DNA of 58,930 bases from a virus (Duplodnaviria > Caudoviricetes). The notes beneath the pieces are model-generated. The model saw only the letters and a program-made list of their open reading frames with translations. It had not been told where the DNA came from and searched no databases. Location: positions 1 to 58,930 of the IMG/VR virus record IMGVR_UViG_3300021389_000024; one strand, written 5' to 3'. Made by a program: the position numbers and the translations under genes. Below are positions 36,724 to 44,525 of this stretch, in pieces; the first letter of the stretch is position 1, and every line of letters begins with the position of its first letter.

Positions 36724-36747
36724 ATTTAATTTCTATAGGAGGAAATT

Positions 36748-37257
36748 ATGGACATTACGTCAAGATACTACTCAGTCAAAGACAGAGTCAGGAGCGCATT
36801 TATATCTAAAACTAATGCTTTATCTAAAAAAATAGAGTATGTAAACGAACGCTTTAGCGTGGTTTTACGCAGTAATAGAAGACTAAAAGAAGATTTAGAT
36901 TACGAAGTTAATCGAGTTGATATTTTAGTTCATGAGTTGTCTCATTTAAAAGATAACTTTCAGCGTCTAATTGGTGAAAACAATTTGCGTCAAACCAATC
37001 AAATTAATGAGGCTGAAATACCCCGCTCTAATTTGCACGACGCTCATGCAATTATTAAGCGTCTAAAAGGAGATATTGATACTGAGTTTTATAACTATTA
37101 CGACAGCATGACTACTCCAGAAGAGCGTAGGTTGTATCATGCTATGCTTTCAGGTGTTAAATCTGCTTGTAATAATCTAGACACTGAAATCAGTGAAATA
37201 AAAAGTGGCAGACAAGATCAACTTGATGACGCTTGGTATGAATCAAGAGACGCTTAA
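36748..37257 (+). CDS. Hypothetical coiled-coil protein
   Basis: AGGAGG RBS; 169 aa. Confidence 0.65.
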   Translation: MDITSRYYSVKDRVRSAFISKTNALSKKIEYVNERFSVVLRSNRRLKEDLDYEVNRVDILVHELSHLKDNFQRLIGENNLRQTNQINEAEIPRSNLHDAHAIIKRLKGDIDTEFYNYYDSMTTPEERRLYHAMLSGVKSACNNLDTEISEIKSGRQDQLDDAWYESRDA

Positions 37258-37335
37258 TTTCTTCTCCCTGGAGAAAACGGTTGGTAGTTATCCGCAAAAC
37301 TACCATATTTTTTTGCAAATAAATAGGAGTTGTGC

Positions 37336-37737
37336 ATGAATGAAGTTAAATATTGTTTTGTTATTGATCCCCAAAAAGAGGAAATCAGAGTTGTAGATCT
37401 GCCTGGCGACAAGCTAGAGCTAGCTACTATTTATGATTTATTGGAGTGTGCTACTTTTGATGTGCACCCATTAACTGCAGATACTGATTTGTTTATTGAT
37501 GATGAAGGATTGCTTGTTGAAGAACAACGATTCTTTAGTATTGACAACAAGGTATTTGCCGGCAACGGTTTAATCGTTGGCGCTGTTAACGAAGAGGGAC
37601 ATTCAACCACCCCTACCTACCCCGATGATTTCTTACCTGTAACTTTTATGCCTAAAAGCTATCAAATGGAAATAACCGCGGATGATTTAAACATTGAAAT
37701 CAGGAGGTCAGATGACACAACATACCAAGAAGCTTGA
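37336..37737 (+). CDS. DUF3846-like protein
   Basis: VIDP...IYDLLEC...DLFIDDEGLL...FAGNGLIVG...EG.S pattern; TAGGAG RBS. Confidence 0.7.
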   Translation: MNEVKYCFVIDPQKEEIRVVDLPGDKLELATIYDLLECATFDVHPLTADTDLFIDDEGLLVEEQRFFSIDNKVFAGNGLIVGAVNEEGHSTTPTYPDDFLPVTFMPKSYQMEITADDLNIEIRRSDDTTYQEA

Positions 37738-37882
37738 ACAACGAAGGAAGGAAATCGAACAAGAAAAAGCTAACAACACAATTGTTCAATGGGAATACCA
37801 AAAGGGTGGGGGGTTACATTTTAGAAAGGTAACTTACGCCAGCGGTAGAGTTGAGACTATTGAGTTTGGAAAAGAAAAGTAA
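37712..37882 (+). CDS. Hypothetical protein
   Basis: AGGAGG RBS before ATG 37712. Confidence 0.6.
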   Translation: MTQHTKKLEQRRKEIEQEKANNTIVQWEYQKGGGLHFRKVTYASGRVETIEFGKEK

Positions 37883-37883
37883 T

Positions 37884-38330
37884 TGACCGGGCGGTCGCAA
37901 GAGCTCACAAACTAGAACAGACATTGCAGCGATTCTATATTAAGCCCCCGATATTACTTTTTTAGGCAAAGGGTTTATTTTATTCCCCTTCATAATATCT
38001 TTGAAGTGCAGGTATTGCCAAAAGCACTTCACTTACAACATGGGTTTTGATTGGTAGTATACAACAAGCAGTCACTGAGTAGCCAACTGCACAAAACCCT
38101 CCTTTTTCGATGCAAGACTGGCAAGGTTAAGCAGTATTCGCCTAGTGATACTGGAAAAAGATAATGAAGCGCCAGCTCTTGTGCTCTTGTAAAGCTTCAT
38201 TATTGCACTAGGCACTATACAAAATTCCTCGCGGGATAGGGGGTTACACCAAAATAGAAATGACTAGCGTGTGTAATCAAATAGTCTAGGCAGGTAGCTC
38301 CTGCAATGTCCATTGTTCCCCCGCTTTTTA
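37884..38330 (+). ncRNA. Array of pseudoknotted RNA modules (ncRNA candidate)
   Basis: ~450 nt without credible ORF; five adjacent modules with closing stems and crossing complementarities. Strand assumed from flanking genes. Confidence 0.6.
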
Positions 38331-38349
38331 ACACACAGGAGGTGTGCTC

Positions 38350-38670
38350 ATGGAAATAGCCAATATTCATATACAAGTATCTGTTGATCCAGAAGAAGTT
38401 GTATGCAGAGAAAATGACTTTACAACTTTAAGTCAAGTTACTAAATATTGTTTAGCTTGGAAAAGTGATGTGCTTGAAGAACAAGATCTTGAAGCTCAAC
38501 TTGTGCATGTTATACGTACTTACAGAGAACACAATCAATTATCTAATAATGTTCCACTACTAGTAGGGGTGTGGTTTGAAACCCCATTTCCAGAACCCCA
38601 AATTGAGTGGGAACCATTATTAAACACACAACCTGATTTACGAGTCATACAAGGAGGTAAAAATGACTAA
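38350..38670 (+). CDS. Hypothetical protein
   Basis: AGGAGG RBS within a hairpin; C-terminal LRVIQGGK motif. Confidence 0.65.
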   Translation: MEIANIHIQVSVDPEEVVCRENDFTTLSQVTKYCLAWKSDVLEEQDLEAQLVHVIRTYREHNQLSNNVPLLVGVWFETPFPEPQIEWEPLLNTQPDLRVIQGGKND

Positions 38671-38851
38671 ACAAATTAAATGGCGTGCTACTTTAAACTA
38701 CAAAAACCAACAAATAACTGTAGAGTTTCAAGCACCGCCTTATGACAAAAACATAAACTACTCACACTTAGCGCGAGTAGAATTTGTACGCATGCTTAGA
38801 AATTATGCATCGCCTTTAAAAATAACCAATGTTGAGCCTGTTGAAAGATAG
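38663..38851 (+). CDS. Hypothetical protein
   Basis: AAGGAGG RBS. Confidence 0.6.
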   Translation: MTKQIKWRATLNYKNQQITVEFQAPPYDKNINYSHLARVEFVRMLRNYASPLKITNVEPVER

Positions 38852-38877
38852 GCTTACTCAAATCTATAGGAGGATTT

Positions 38878-39900
38878 ATGAACAACATTAACCCAAACGA
38901 TCTTAAACAAGAGATCAAAGATAACATCCGTACAGGACTTAACACCATGATATGGGGTGGGCCAGGTATTGGTAAGTCAGATATACCACAACAGGTAGCT
39001 GATGAACTAGATATACCTTTGCTTGACTTTCGTGCCAACTTATTCGACCCAGTCGATGTGCGTGGCATACCTCACATTATGCAAGAACAAGAAACAGGGA
39101 AGCGTTTTACACGTTGGGCAGTGCCTGATGTGTTTCCTATTGCATCACGTGATGGCGAAACGGGAATTCTCTTCATCGACGAATTGCCAACTGCACCACC
39201 AGCTACGCAGAACGCTTTCCTGCAACTCTTGTTAACTCGACAAATTGGCGATTATGAAATGCCAGTTGGCTGGTCAATTGTTGCCGCAGGTAACAGACTG
39301 ACTGACTCAGCTGCTGTATTCCAAATGCCAACACCAGTACGTAATCGTCTATTGCATTACGAACTCGAAGCAAGCATTGATGACTGGGTTGAATGGGCTT
39401 TCAAAAATGGTATTAACTCAGAAGTTATTGGCTTCTTACGTTACAGACCTGGTTTACTTAACAGTTTCAAAGCTGACGAATATGCATTCCCAACACCACG
39501 TTCGTGGGCATTTGTTGACAAAAAGCTAGCCAATCGACCGTCGACCGCCAACGACGATACATTGTTCTTTGGTGTCGCAGCGACAGTCGGCGACGGCCCA
39601 GCTGGCGAGTTTGTTGCTTACAAACAAATAGCTGACAAGCTACAAGATGTCGACGAACTTATCAAAGATCCTGGTAAATACAAGAAAGATGACAACCCAG
39701 CTGTCTTGTATGCACTTTCAACATCTATCGCCACCCGAGCGAGTGATGACACTCTCGAAAATATTATCAAAGTATGCAACAAACTCCCATCAGAGTTCCA
39801 AGTAATACTAATGAAAGGTATTTTTGCAATCAACAAAGACTTTATCAAGAATCAATTTTGTACTAAATGGATTCAAGATAATCACGGCTTATTATCATAG
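38878..39900 (+). CDS. AAA+ ATPase (MoxR/dynein-related type)
   Basis: Walker A GGPGIGKS, Walker B LFIDE, AAGN, PVRNR, FPTPRSW. Confidence 0.9.
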   Translation: MNNINPNDLKQEIKDNIRTGLNTMIWGGPGIGKSDIPQQVADELDIPLLDFRANLFDPVDVRGIPHIMQEQETGKRFTRWAVPDVFPIASRDGETGILFIDELPTAPPATQNAFLQLLLTRQIGDYEMPVGWSIVAAGNRLTDSAAVFQMPTPVRNRLLHYELEASIDDWVEWAFKNGINSEVIGFLRYRPGLLNSFKADEYAFPTPRSWAFVDKKLANRPSTANDDTLFFGVAATVGDGPAGEFVAYKQIADKLQDVDELIKDPGKYKKDDNPAVLYALSTSIATRASDDTLENIIKVCNKLPSEFQVILMKGIFAINKDFIKNQFCTKWIQDNHGLLS

Positions 39901-39909
39901 GAGGTAAAC

Positions 39910-40668
39910 ATGAGCACAGTAAGAATGTCAGATCAACTACAGCGTGATATTGCAAGAGAAGCAATAAACACTTACGACAAAGCAAACCCAGAACGAGAAA
40001 TTCCTTCTGATATGGGTAACAAAATGTATGACAAATATCTAAAACAAAAGCATGAAAACATGCAAACGTTTTTACTTTCTAAAGAAAATGTATCAGTTAT
40101 AGATCCTGCTTATGCAAAAATTAAATCTATATCTTCATTGCGTTTACGAATTGCGTACAGCGATATTGAAGAACAAACTGATTATGATGGCAACGCTACA
40201 ATGGAAATTGTTGACCAACATATGGATTTTAATTTAGATGTATCTAACAGAGAAGTTATGACTTTGTTATCTAAAAACCCTGATGGTTACAATGACCATG
40301 TAACAGTTGCACTTAAAATAGATATTACTGGTAACAACGAAGATGAAAATCCATGTAGAGAACATGTTGATCTTAGTTGTCCTTTAGTTGCTGAATTAGT
40401 TTCTATTCGAGAATACAACGATAAAGTTTATACAGGCGGTAGGCAGTACAAAGAAAAAGTACGAGAAACCATTGCAGCTTTTACAACTTTAAACCAAGCA
40501 CTCAAAGCTTGGCCTGCGCTTAAAGATTTTGTATCTCAATCTAAATTAGACAAAGTTTACGAGAAAGTAGAACGCAAGGCTAAACAACAGCAACAGCGAG
40601 AAGCTATTGAGATACAAGAACAAGAACTTAACTCAGTTATCTTAACTGCATCATTACTAGGAGACTAA
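39910..40668 (+). CDS. Nmad5-like hypothetical protein (paralogue 1)
   Basis: MSTVRMS N-terminus and TTLNQALKAWP motif; paralogue at 42726. Confidence 0.55.
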   Translation: MSTVRMSDQLQRDIAREAINTYDKANPEREIPSDMGNKMYDKYLKQKHENMQTFLLSKENVSVIDPAYAKIKSISSLRLRIAYSDIEEQTDYDGNATMEIVDQHMDFNLDVSNREVMTLLSKNPDGYNDHVTVALKIDITGNNEDENPCREHVDLSCPLVAELVSIREYNDKVYTGGRQYKEKVRETIAAFTTLNQALKAWPALKDFVSQSKLDKVYEKVERKAKQQQQREAIEIQEQELNSVILTASLLGD

Positions 40669-40670
40669 TT

Positions 40671-41045
40671 ATGTTAGAAATAGGCCCACCTAAATACAAC
40701 CAAGGCGACTATGTGCGCATAGACTTTGGCTCTGGTCATTGCAAAGCTATGATCAACAAAGTCAAGCGTAATCGTAGACATGACAAAGATATGCGCGAAG
40801 GACGCGTACATCAATGGCATGCAAGACATAACCCAAACGGTTGGTTTTACGAAGTAGCTAAACATTATGGTACTGGTATAGAAGATGTACCTGATCTACG
40901 TAACGCTCACTGGTCTAGAAACTTAAAACTAGTTATTAGTGAAGCTGAAATTTTTAAACTTATACCTGCTACTAAAGATTTTAAACTTGAACATCTTAGT
41001 GAAGGTATGACTGCAGATACTGAAGTATTAGTAATAAGTAATTAG
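40671..41045 (+). CDS. Hypothetical protein (SH3-like PKYNQGDYV start)
   Basis: TAGGAG RBS; 124 aa. Confidence 0.6.
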   Translation: MLEIGPPKYNQGDYVRIDFGSGHCKAMINKVKRNRRHDKDMREGRVHQWHARHNPNGWFYEVAKHYGTGIEDVPDLRNAHWSRNLKLVISEAEIFKLIPATKDFKLEHLSEGMTADTEVLVISN

Positions 41046-41054
41046 GAGTAACTT

Positions 41055-42152
41055 ATGAGTCAGAATTTTACAAATGCACGCACACAACTTGTGCTCAACC
41101 AGCCATTCTTTGGCACCCTTTGTCTTCGCCTCAAACCCGTTGAACGTGATGACATGGATACGGGTGCCACAGATGGTGTGCATCTTTTCTATAATCCCAA
41201 ATGGTTTGACAAATTGCAACCATTAGAACGTATTGGTTTTCTTGCGCACGAAGTTATGCATGTTGTGCTTATGCACATATTTCGTAGAGAAGAACGTCAA
41301 CCACAAAAGTGGAATGTTGCATGCGACTATGCAGAAAATTATTTACTCAAAGAAGCTAACTTTATATTACCTAAAGGTGCTTTGCTTGATTTGCAATACG
41401 ACAACATGAATGCTGAAGAAATATACAACTTACTTCCTGAGCCCGAAGGTGGCTGGGAATCGTTGGCCGCTGACTTTGGTAATTGTGGCGCTGTGCTTGA
41501 TCATCCTGGCACTGACGACGGTAGCATTGGTAAAGCTAAAGCAGAACTTACTGTTGCAATCAATCAAGCAGCAGAAAGTGCACGCAAAGCTGGCAAGCTA
41601 CCTGGCTCACTAGAATCTATACTTGATGAAATTAAAGAACCCAAAGTATGTTGGAAACAAGTGCTTGCTAGATTCTTGCGTTCTAACAACACAGACGACT
41701 TTAGTTGGCAAAAACCTAATCGCCGTTTTATTGGCCAAGGTTTGTATCTACCTTCTATGTACAATCCATCAGTCGATGAGATTGCAGTTGTGTCTGACAC
41801 ATCAGGTTCTAGAACTGACGAAGAACTAAATCAAGACCTTGCAGAAATTTCTTCTATTATTCTTGATGCCAATCCTACTAAAGTTCACTTTCTAGAAGTT
41901 GATACTGAAGTACAAAATTACACTGAGTACACACGCGAGTCTCTTCCTCTTAAAACTACTATGGTAGGCAGAGGTGGAACTTGTTTCTCACCTGGTATTG
42001 AATACATAAACGAAAATTATCCAAATGTTAGTGCTTTGATCTATCTTACAGATCTTGAATCTAACGACTTTGGAGAACAACCAAATTATCCGGTTTTGTG
42101 GATAACAACTCATGAAGGAGAAGCCCCTTATGGCGAAATCATCAAAATTTGA
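41055..42152 (+). CDS. HExxH metallopeptidase-like + vWA domain protein (DUF2201-like)
   Basis: TGATDG, LAHEVMH, WNVACD, MIDAS DTSGS, GRGGTCF, YLTD; known partner of the upstream AAA+ ATPase. Confidence 0.9.
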   Translation: MSQNFTNARTQLVLNQPFFGTLCLRLKPVERDDMDTGATDGVHLFYNPKWFDKLQPLERIGFLAHEVMHVVLMHIFRREERQPQKWNVACDYAENYLLKEANFILPKGALLDLQYDNMNAEEIYNLLPEPEGGWESLAADFGNCGAVLDHPGTDDGSIGKAKAELTVAINQAAESARKAGKLPGSLESILDEIKEPKVCWKQVLARFLRSNNTDDFSWQKPNRRFIGQGLYLPSMYNPSVDEIAVVSDTSGSRTDEELNQDLAEISSIILDANPTKVHFLEVDTEVQNYTEYTRESLPLKTTMVGRGGTCFSPGIEYINENYPNVSALIYLTDLESNDFGEQPNYPVLWITTHEGEAPYGEIIKI

Positions 42153-42309
42153 ACAGAACTTTAAAGATTATGGAATTTCTGTTCTAACTGGCGGTGTTGT
42201 GCTGCTTGCTTTACTAGCTATTGCAAGTACTACTCACTATTTTATTACTCTAACTTCTATTGCATTTTTGCTTGGAGTTAGTATTTACACTATTTGGAGA
42301 AACATATGA
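42130..42309 (+). CDS. Small membrane protein (2 TM)
   Basis: AAGGAG RBS; two hydrophobic segments. Confidence 0.55.
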   Translation: MAKSSKFEQNFKDYGISVLTGGVVLLALLAIASTTHYFITLTSIAFLLGVSIYTIWRNI

Positions 42310-42455
42310 ATAGTCTTGTAACAAGCGTAACCACAGCTTTGTGGATACTTATCGAAATCATTCAATTTGCCTATATGGCATATATGACATGGAGGTCTAG
42401 AAATGCTAACAATAGGCATAGTCAGCGCGTTAGGGCTGCTTTTACTTACGCTTAA
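42306..42455 (+). CDS. Small membrane protein (49 aa; not in ORF track)
   Basis: GGAG RBS, ATGA overlap; MNSLVTSVTTALWILIEIIQFAYMAYMTWRSR... Confidence 0.45.
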   Translation: MNSLVTSVTTALWILIEIIQFAYMAYMTWRSRNANNRHSQRVRAAFTYA

Positions 42456-42723
42456 AGCGGGCGGACGTAAAACAATAGGTAATGACATTTTTGTCGACGT
42501 ACTAATTACCCTCACTTTAATGGTGTGTTTTTACGGTACATTTAGTGGCATGGCTGCTGCTATGGTAGGTGGTTTGACAGCATCTGTTGTGTTATTTGTT
42601 ATGAAAAAAACAATGGTGCACGAAAAATTAACATTTGTTAAACAACCACGTAAATTTTATAAATTGGATTTTTCTACTCCTAAACCCACATGGGTAGAAG
42701 TCCAGCCAGATTGGAGGAAATAA
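42403..42723 (+). CDS. Membrane protein (3 TM)
   Basis: GGAGG RBS; hydrophobic segments, GTFSGMAAAMVGGL. Confidence 0.65.
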   Translation: MLTIGIVSALGLLLLTLKAGGRKTIGNDIFVDVLITLTLMVCFYGTFSGMAAAMVGGLTASVVLFVMKKTMVHEKLTFVKQPRKFYKLDFSTPKPTWVEVQPDWRK

Positions 42724-42725
42724 TT

Positions 42726-43568
42726 ATGGCAAGTGTAAGAATGAGTGGTGAACTGCGAGATAAAATTTTTAAGAATTTTGAACAGCAACTTTATAAAGTG
42801 TATGAAAACAATAGTGGTCTGCAAGACTATCTTAAATCTATTCTAGAATCTTTTTATTCAGTTGAAGAACGTCAACTAATGAAAGATTATTTAGATGTGC
42901 ATGAGCGTTTGTTTAGAATGAAATACCCTAAAAAAAATCACGAAGAGTTTTCTCCTAAAAAGTATTTTGGTACTGTTTATGGTAATCGAAATTCAGATTT
43001 TAATTGGGTAAGAGAAGTGCATTTTATTATTAATCCAAATCGTCCAGCTGAAGAATCATTAACTTTTATGGTAGGCGACGATTGGCATGAAGAATATACT
43101 AATTCGTATAATGATAAATTAACACCACCAAGTAAGAATTATGTAACTGGTGATTATTGTTTGACATTAAAGTTAGAAGAACCTATTCAACTTGTACAAC
43201 AACATAATTCTTCTCAAATATGGGCCGCTGAAGGCAGAGTAAGTTCTTTTACAAACCCTATAATTATTTCATCTGATGTAGATGTAGATAATATAGAAAA
43301 GTTTGCTGAAGGCACTATAAAAATTAACGAATCTAAAACTCAAATAAAACATTTATTAGAAAGCTGTACAACACTTAAACGTTTTTTAGATACGTGGCCT
43401 GCAGGTAAAGATTCTGTACCACAAGAATATCTAGATAAAATGTTTGAAACAGCTACACCAGCTACGCCTTCTACTTTACCTAAGTTTGATCCAAATGCTA
43501 TCTTACCTGATGAGGTTAAAGAACAAATGAACAGTACTGTGTTAACTAGTAAATTAATGGAGGGTTAA
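42726..43568 (+). CDS. Nmad5-like hypothetical protein (paralogue 2)
   Basis: GGAGG RBS before ATG 42726; MASVRMS and TTLKRFLDTWP. Confidence 0.55.
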   Translation: MASVRMSGELRDKIFKNFEQQLYKVYENNSGLQDYLKSILESFYSVEERQLMKDYLDVHERLFRMKYPKKNHEEFSPKKYFGTVYGNRNSDFNWVREVHFIINPNRPAEESLTFMVGDDWHEEYTNSYNDKLTPPSKNYVTGDYCLTLKLEEPIQLVQQHNSSQIWAAEGRVSSFTNPIIISSDVDVDNIEKFAEGTIKINESKTQIKHLLESCTTLKRFLDTWPAGKDSVPQEYLDKMFETATPATPSTLPKFDPNAILPDEVKEQMNSTVLTSKLMEG

Positions 43569-43570
43569 TT

Positions 43571-43792
43571 ATGGGAGCTATGAAACGTTGGATGCATGAC
43601 GTGCATGACGATTGTCTATCTATGGGTGTTCGTAACACTGCTAAAAAGTATGACATTTCTGCTGACGATGTTAAAACTGCAACCATGAACCATGTTCAAT
43701 GGAAAAAAACTTGGTCTGAGTTTGTTATTGAAAATGATATAAAACAAACAATGGCTAATGCAAACGAAGCAGCAAAAAAAAGGGGCCTATAA
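43571..43792 (+). CDS. Hypothetical protein
   Basis: GGAGG RBS; 73 aa. Confidence 0.6.
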   Translation: MGAMKRWMHDVHDDCLSMGVRNTAKKYDISADDVKTATMNHVQWKKTWSEFVIENDIKQTMANANEAAKKRGL

Positions 43793-43800
43793 AGACCCCT
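43774..43800 (-). terminator. Rho-independent terminator for the inverted structural gene
   Basis: Minus strand AGGGGTC-TTTATA-GGCCCCT then T-tract. Confidence 0.7.
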
Positions 43801-43816
43801 TCAAGATTTGCTTAAT

Positions 43817-44227
43817 TTACGATACGTAAATCCACATTTCTAATGTGCCAGTTGCAACATCGCCTGCAGGTGCTACTTGACAAGTAATGTCAATAGTATC
43901 ATCTGAAGAATAAACGATAGGTGCAAGGTTTGCATCTTCATGGTCAATACCACCGGCTTGGCCGATTGTAGAACCATCAATAAATCTATCTGAATCTGAA
44001 CCATCACCGACGTCAAGTACTAAACCTGAGCCTGTGTCTAAATCAGAAGATTTAATTTTGATGTCATGTAAAGTTTCACCAGCAAAGATATCTACCATTT
44101 GGTATACATCAGCAGCATTTGGTGCAGCAGTTACATTAAACTTAGCGTATCTTACGCCAATCGCACCACTAGGAAATGGTTTGAATGACTGGTTACCTGA
44201 AACAGGATCACTTGTAAAAGTTGCCAT
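43817..44227 (-). CDS. Putative capsid cement/decoration protein
   Basis: Probable start ATG 44227 (MATFTS; AAGGTG RBS); acidic beta-rich sequence with DLDTG..LVLDVGD...DRF, DDTIDI, ATGTL. Confidence 0.6.
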   Translation of the reverse strand: MATFTSDPVSGNQSFKPFPSGAIGVRYAKFNVTAAPNAADVYQMVDIFAGETLHDIKIKSSDLDTGSGLVLDVGDGSDSDRFIDGSTIGQAGGIDHEDANLAPIVYSSDDTIDITCQVAPAGDVATGTLEMWIYVS

Positions 44228-44240
44228 ATTTTCACCTTTA

Positions 44241-44303
44241 TTGTTATATAACACTTAATTGTGTCATACTTAAAAAACATAAAGCATTCAGGATGAATGT
44301 CAA
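44241..44303. promoter_or_regulatory. Overlapping divergent sigma70-like promoters plus CAGGATG hairpin
   Basis: Minus: TTGACA(44303-44298)-16-TATGTT. Plus: TTGTTA(44241)-18-CATACT with TG extension. Hairpin GCATTC-AGGAT-GAATGT at 44284-44300. Confidence 0.45.
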
Positions 44304-44312
44304 CTGTAAATT

Positions 44313-44525
44313 ATGGATAATCGAGTCTACGTAAAACGTAATCCCTTAGCCTATTATCGGTACAACACTCCTGAACATCTTCCCTATATACAGTGGAGAT
44401 TGGTCAGCAAAGGTGTTGCCTACAATATGGTCCACAGTAAACAAGTTGGATGGGAGCGTGCAAAGAAGGGGGAGTATGAGGACTGGTGTGTTCGCATGGA
44501 AAAATTAAGAAAGGAAAACTTATGA
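44313..44525 (+). CDS. Hypothetical protein
   Basis: 70 aa; ATGA overlap with polA. Confidence 0.55.
   Translation: MDNRVYVKRNPLAYYRYNTPEHLPYIQWRLVSKGVAYNMVHSKQVGWERAKKGEYEDWCVRMEKLRKENL

Noticed and set aside
37884-37950. Twister or pistol ribozyme (GGTCGCAAG; TTAAGCCC)
   Set aside because: Only fragments match; the twister AAGCCC/P4 context and the pistol TAAATAG and GCG elements are missing.
37960-38031. c-di-GMP-I or SAM-V riboswitch (GGCAAA...GGTATTGCC)
   Set aside because: No GNRA/receptor P2-P3 architecture and no SAM-V core in the right order; kept only as an unnamed module.
39536-39547. GACCGTCGACCG shared with 34627-34638
   Set aside because: A single 12-mer match inside a coding region with no shared flanks; may be chance.
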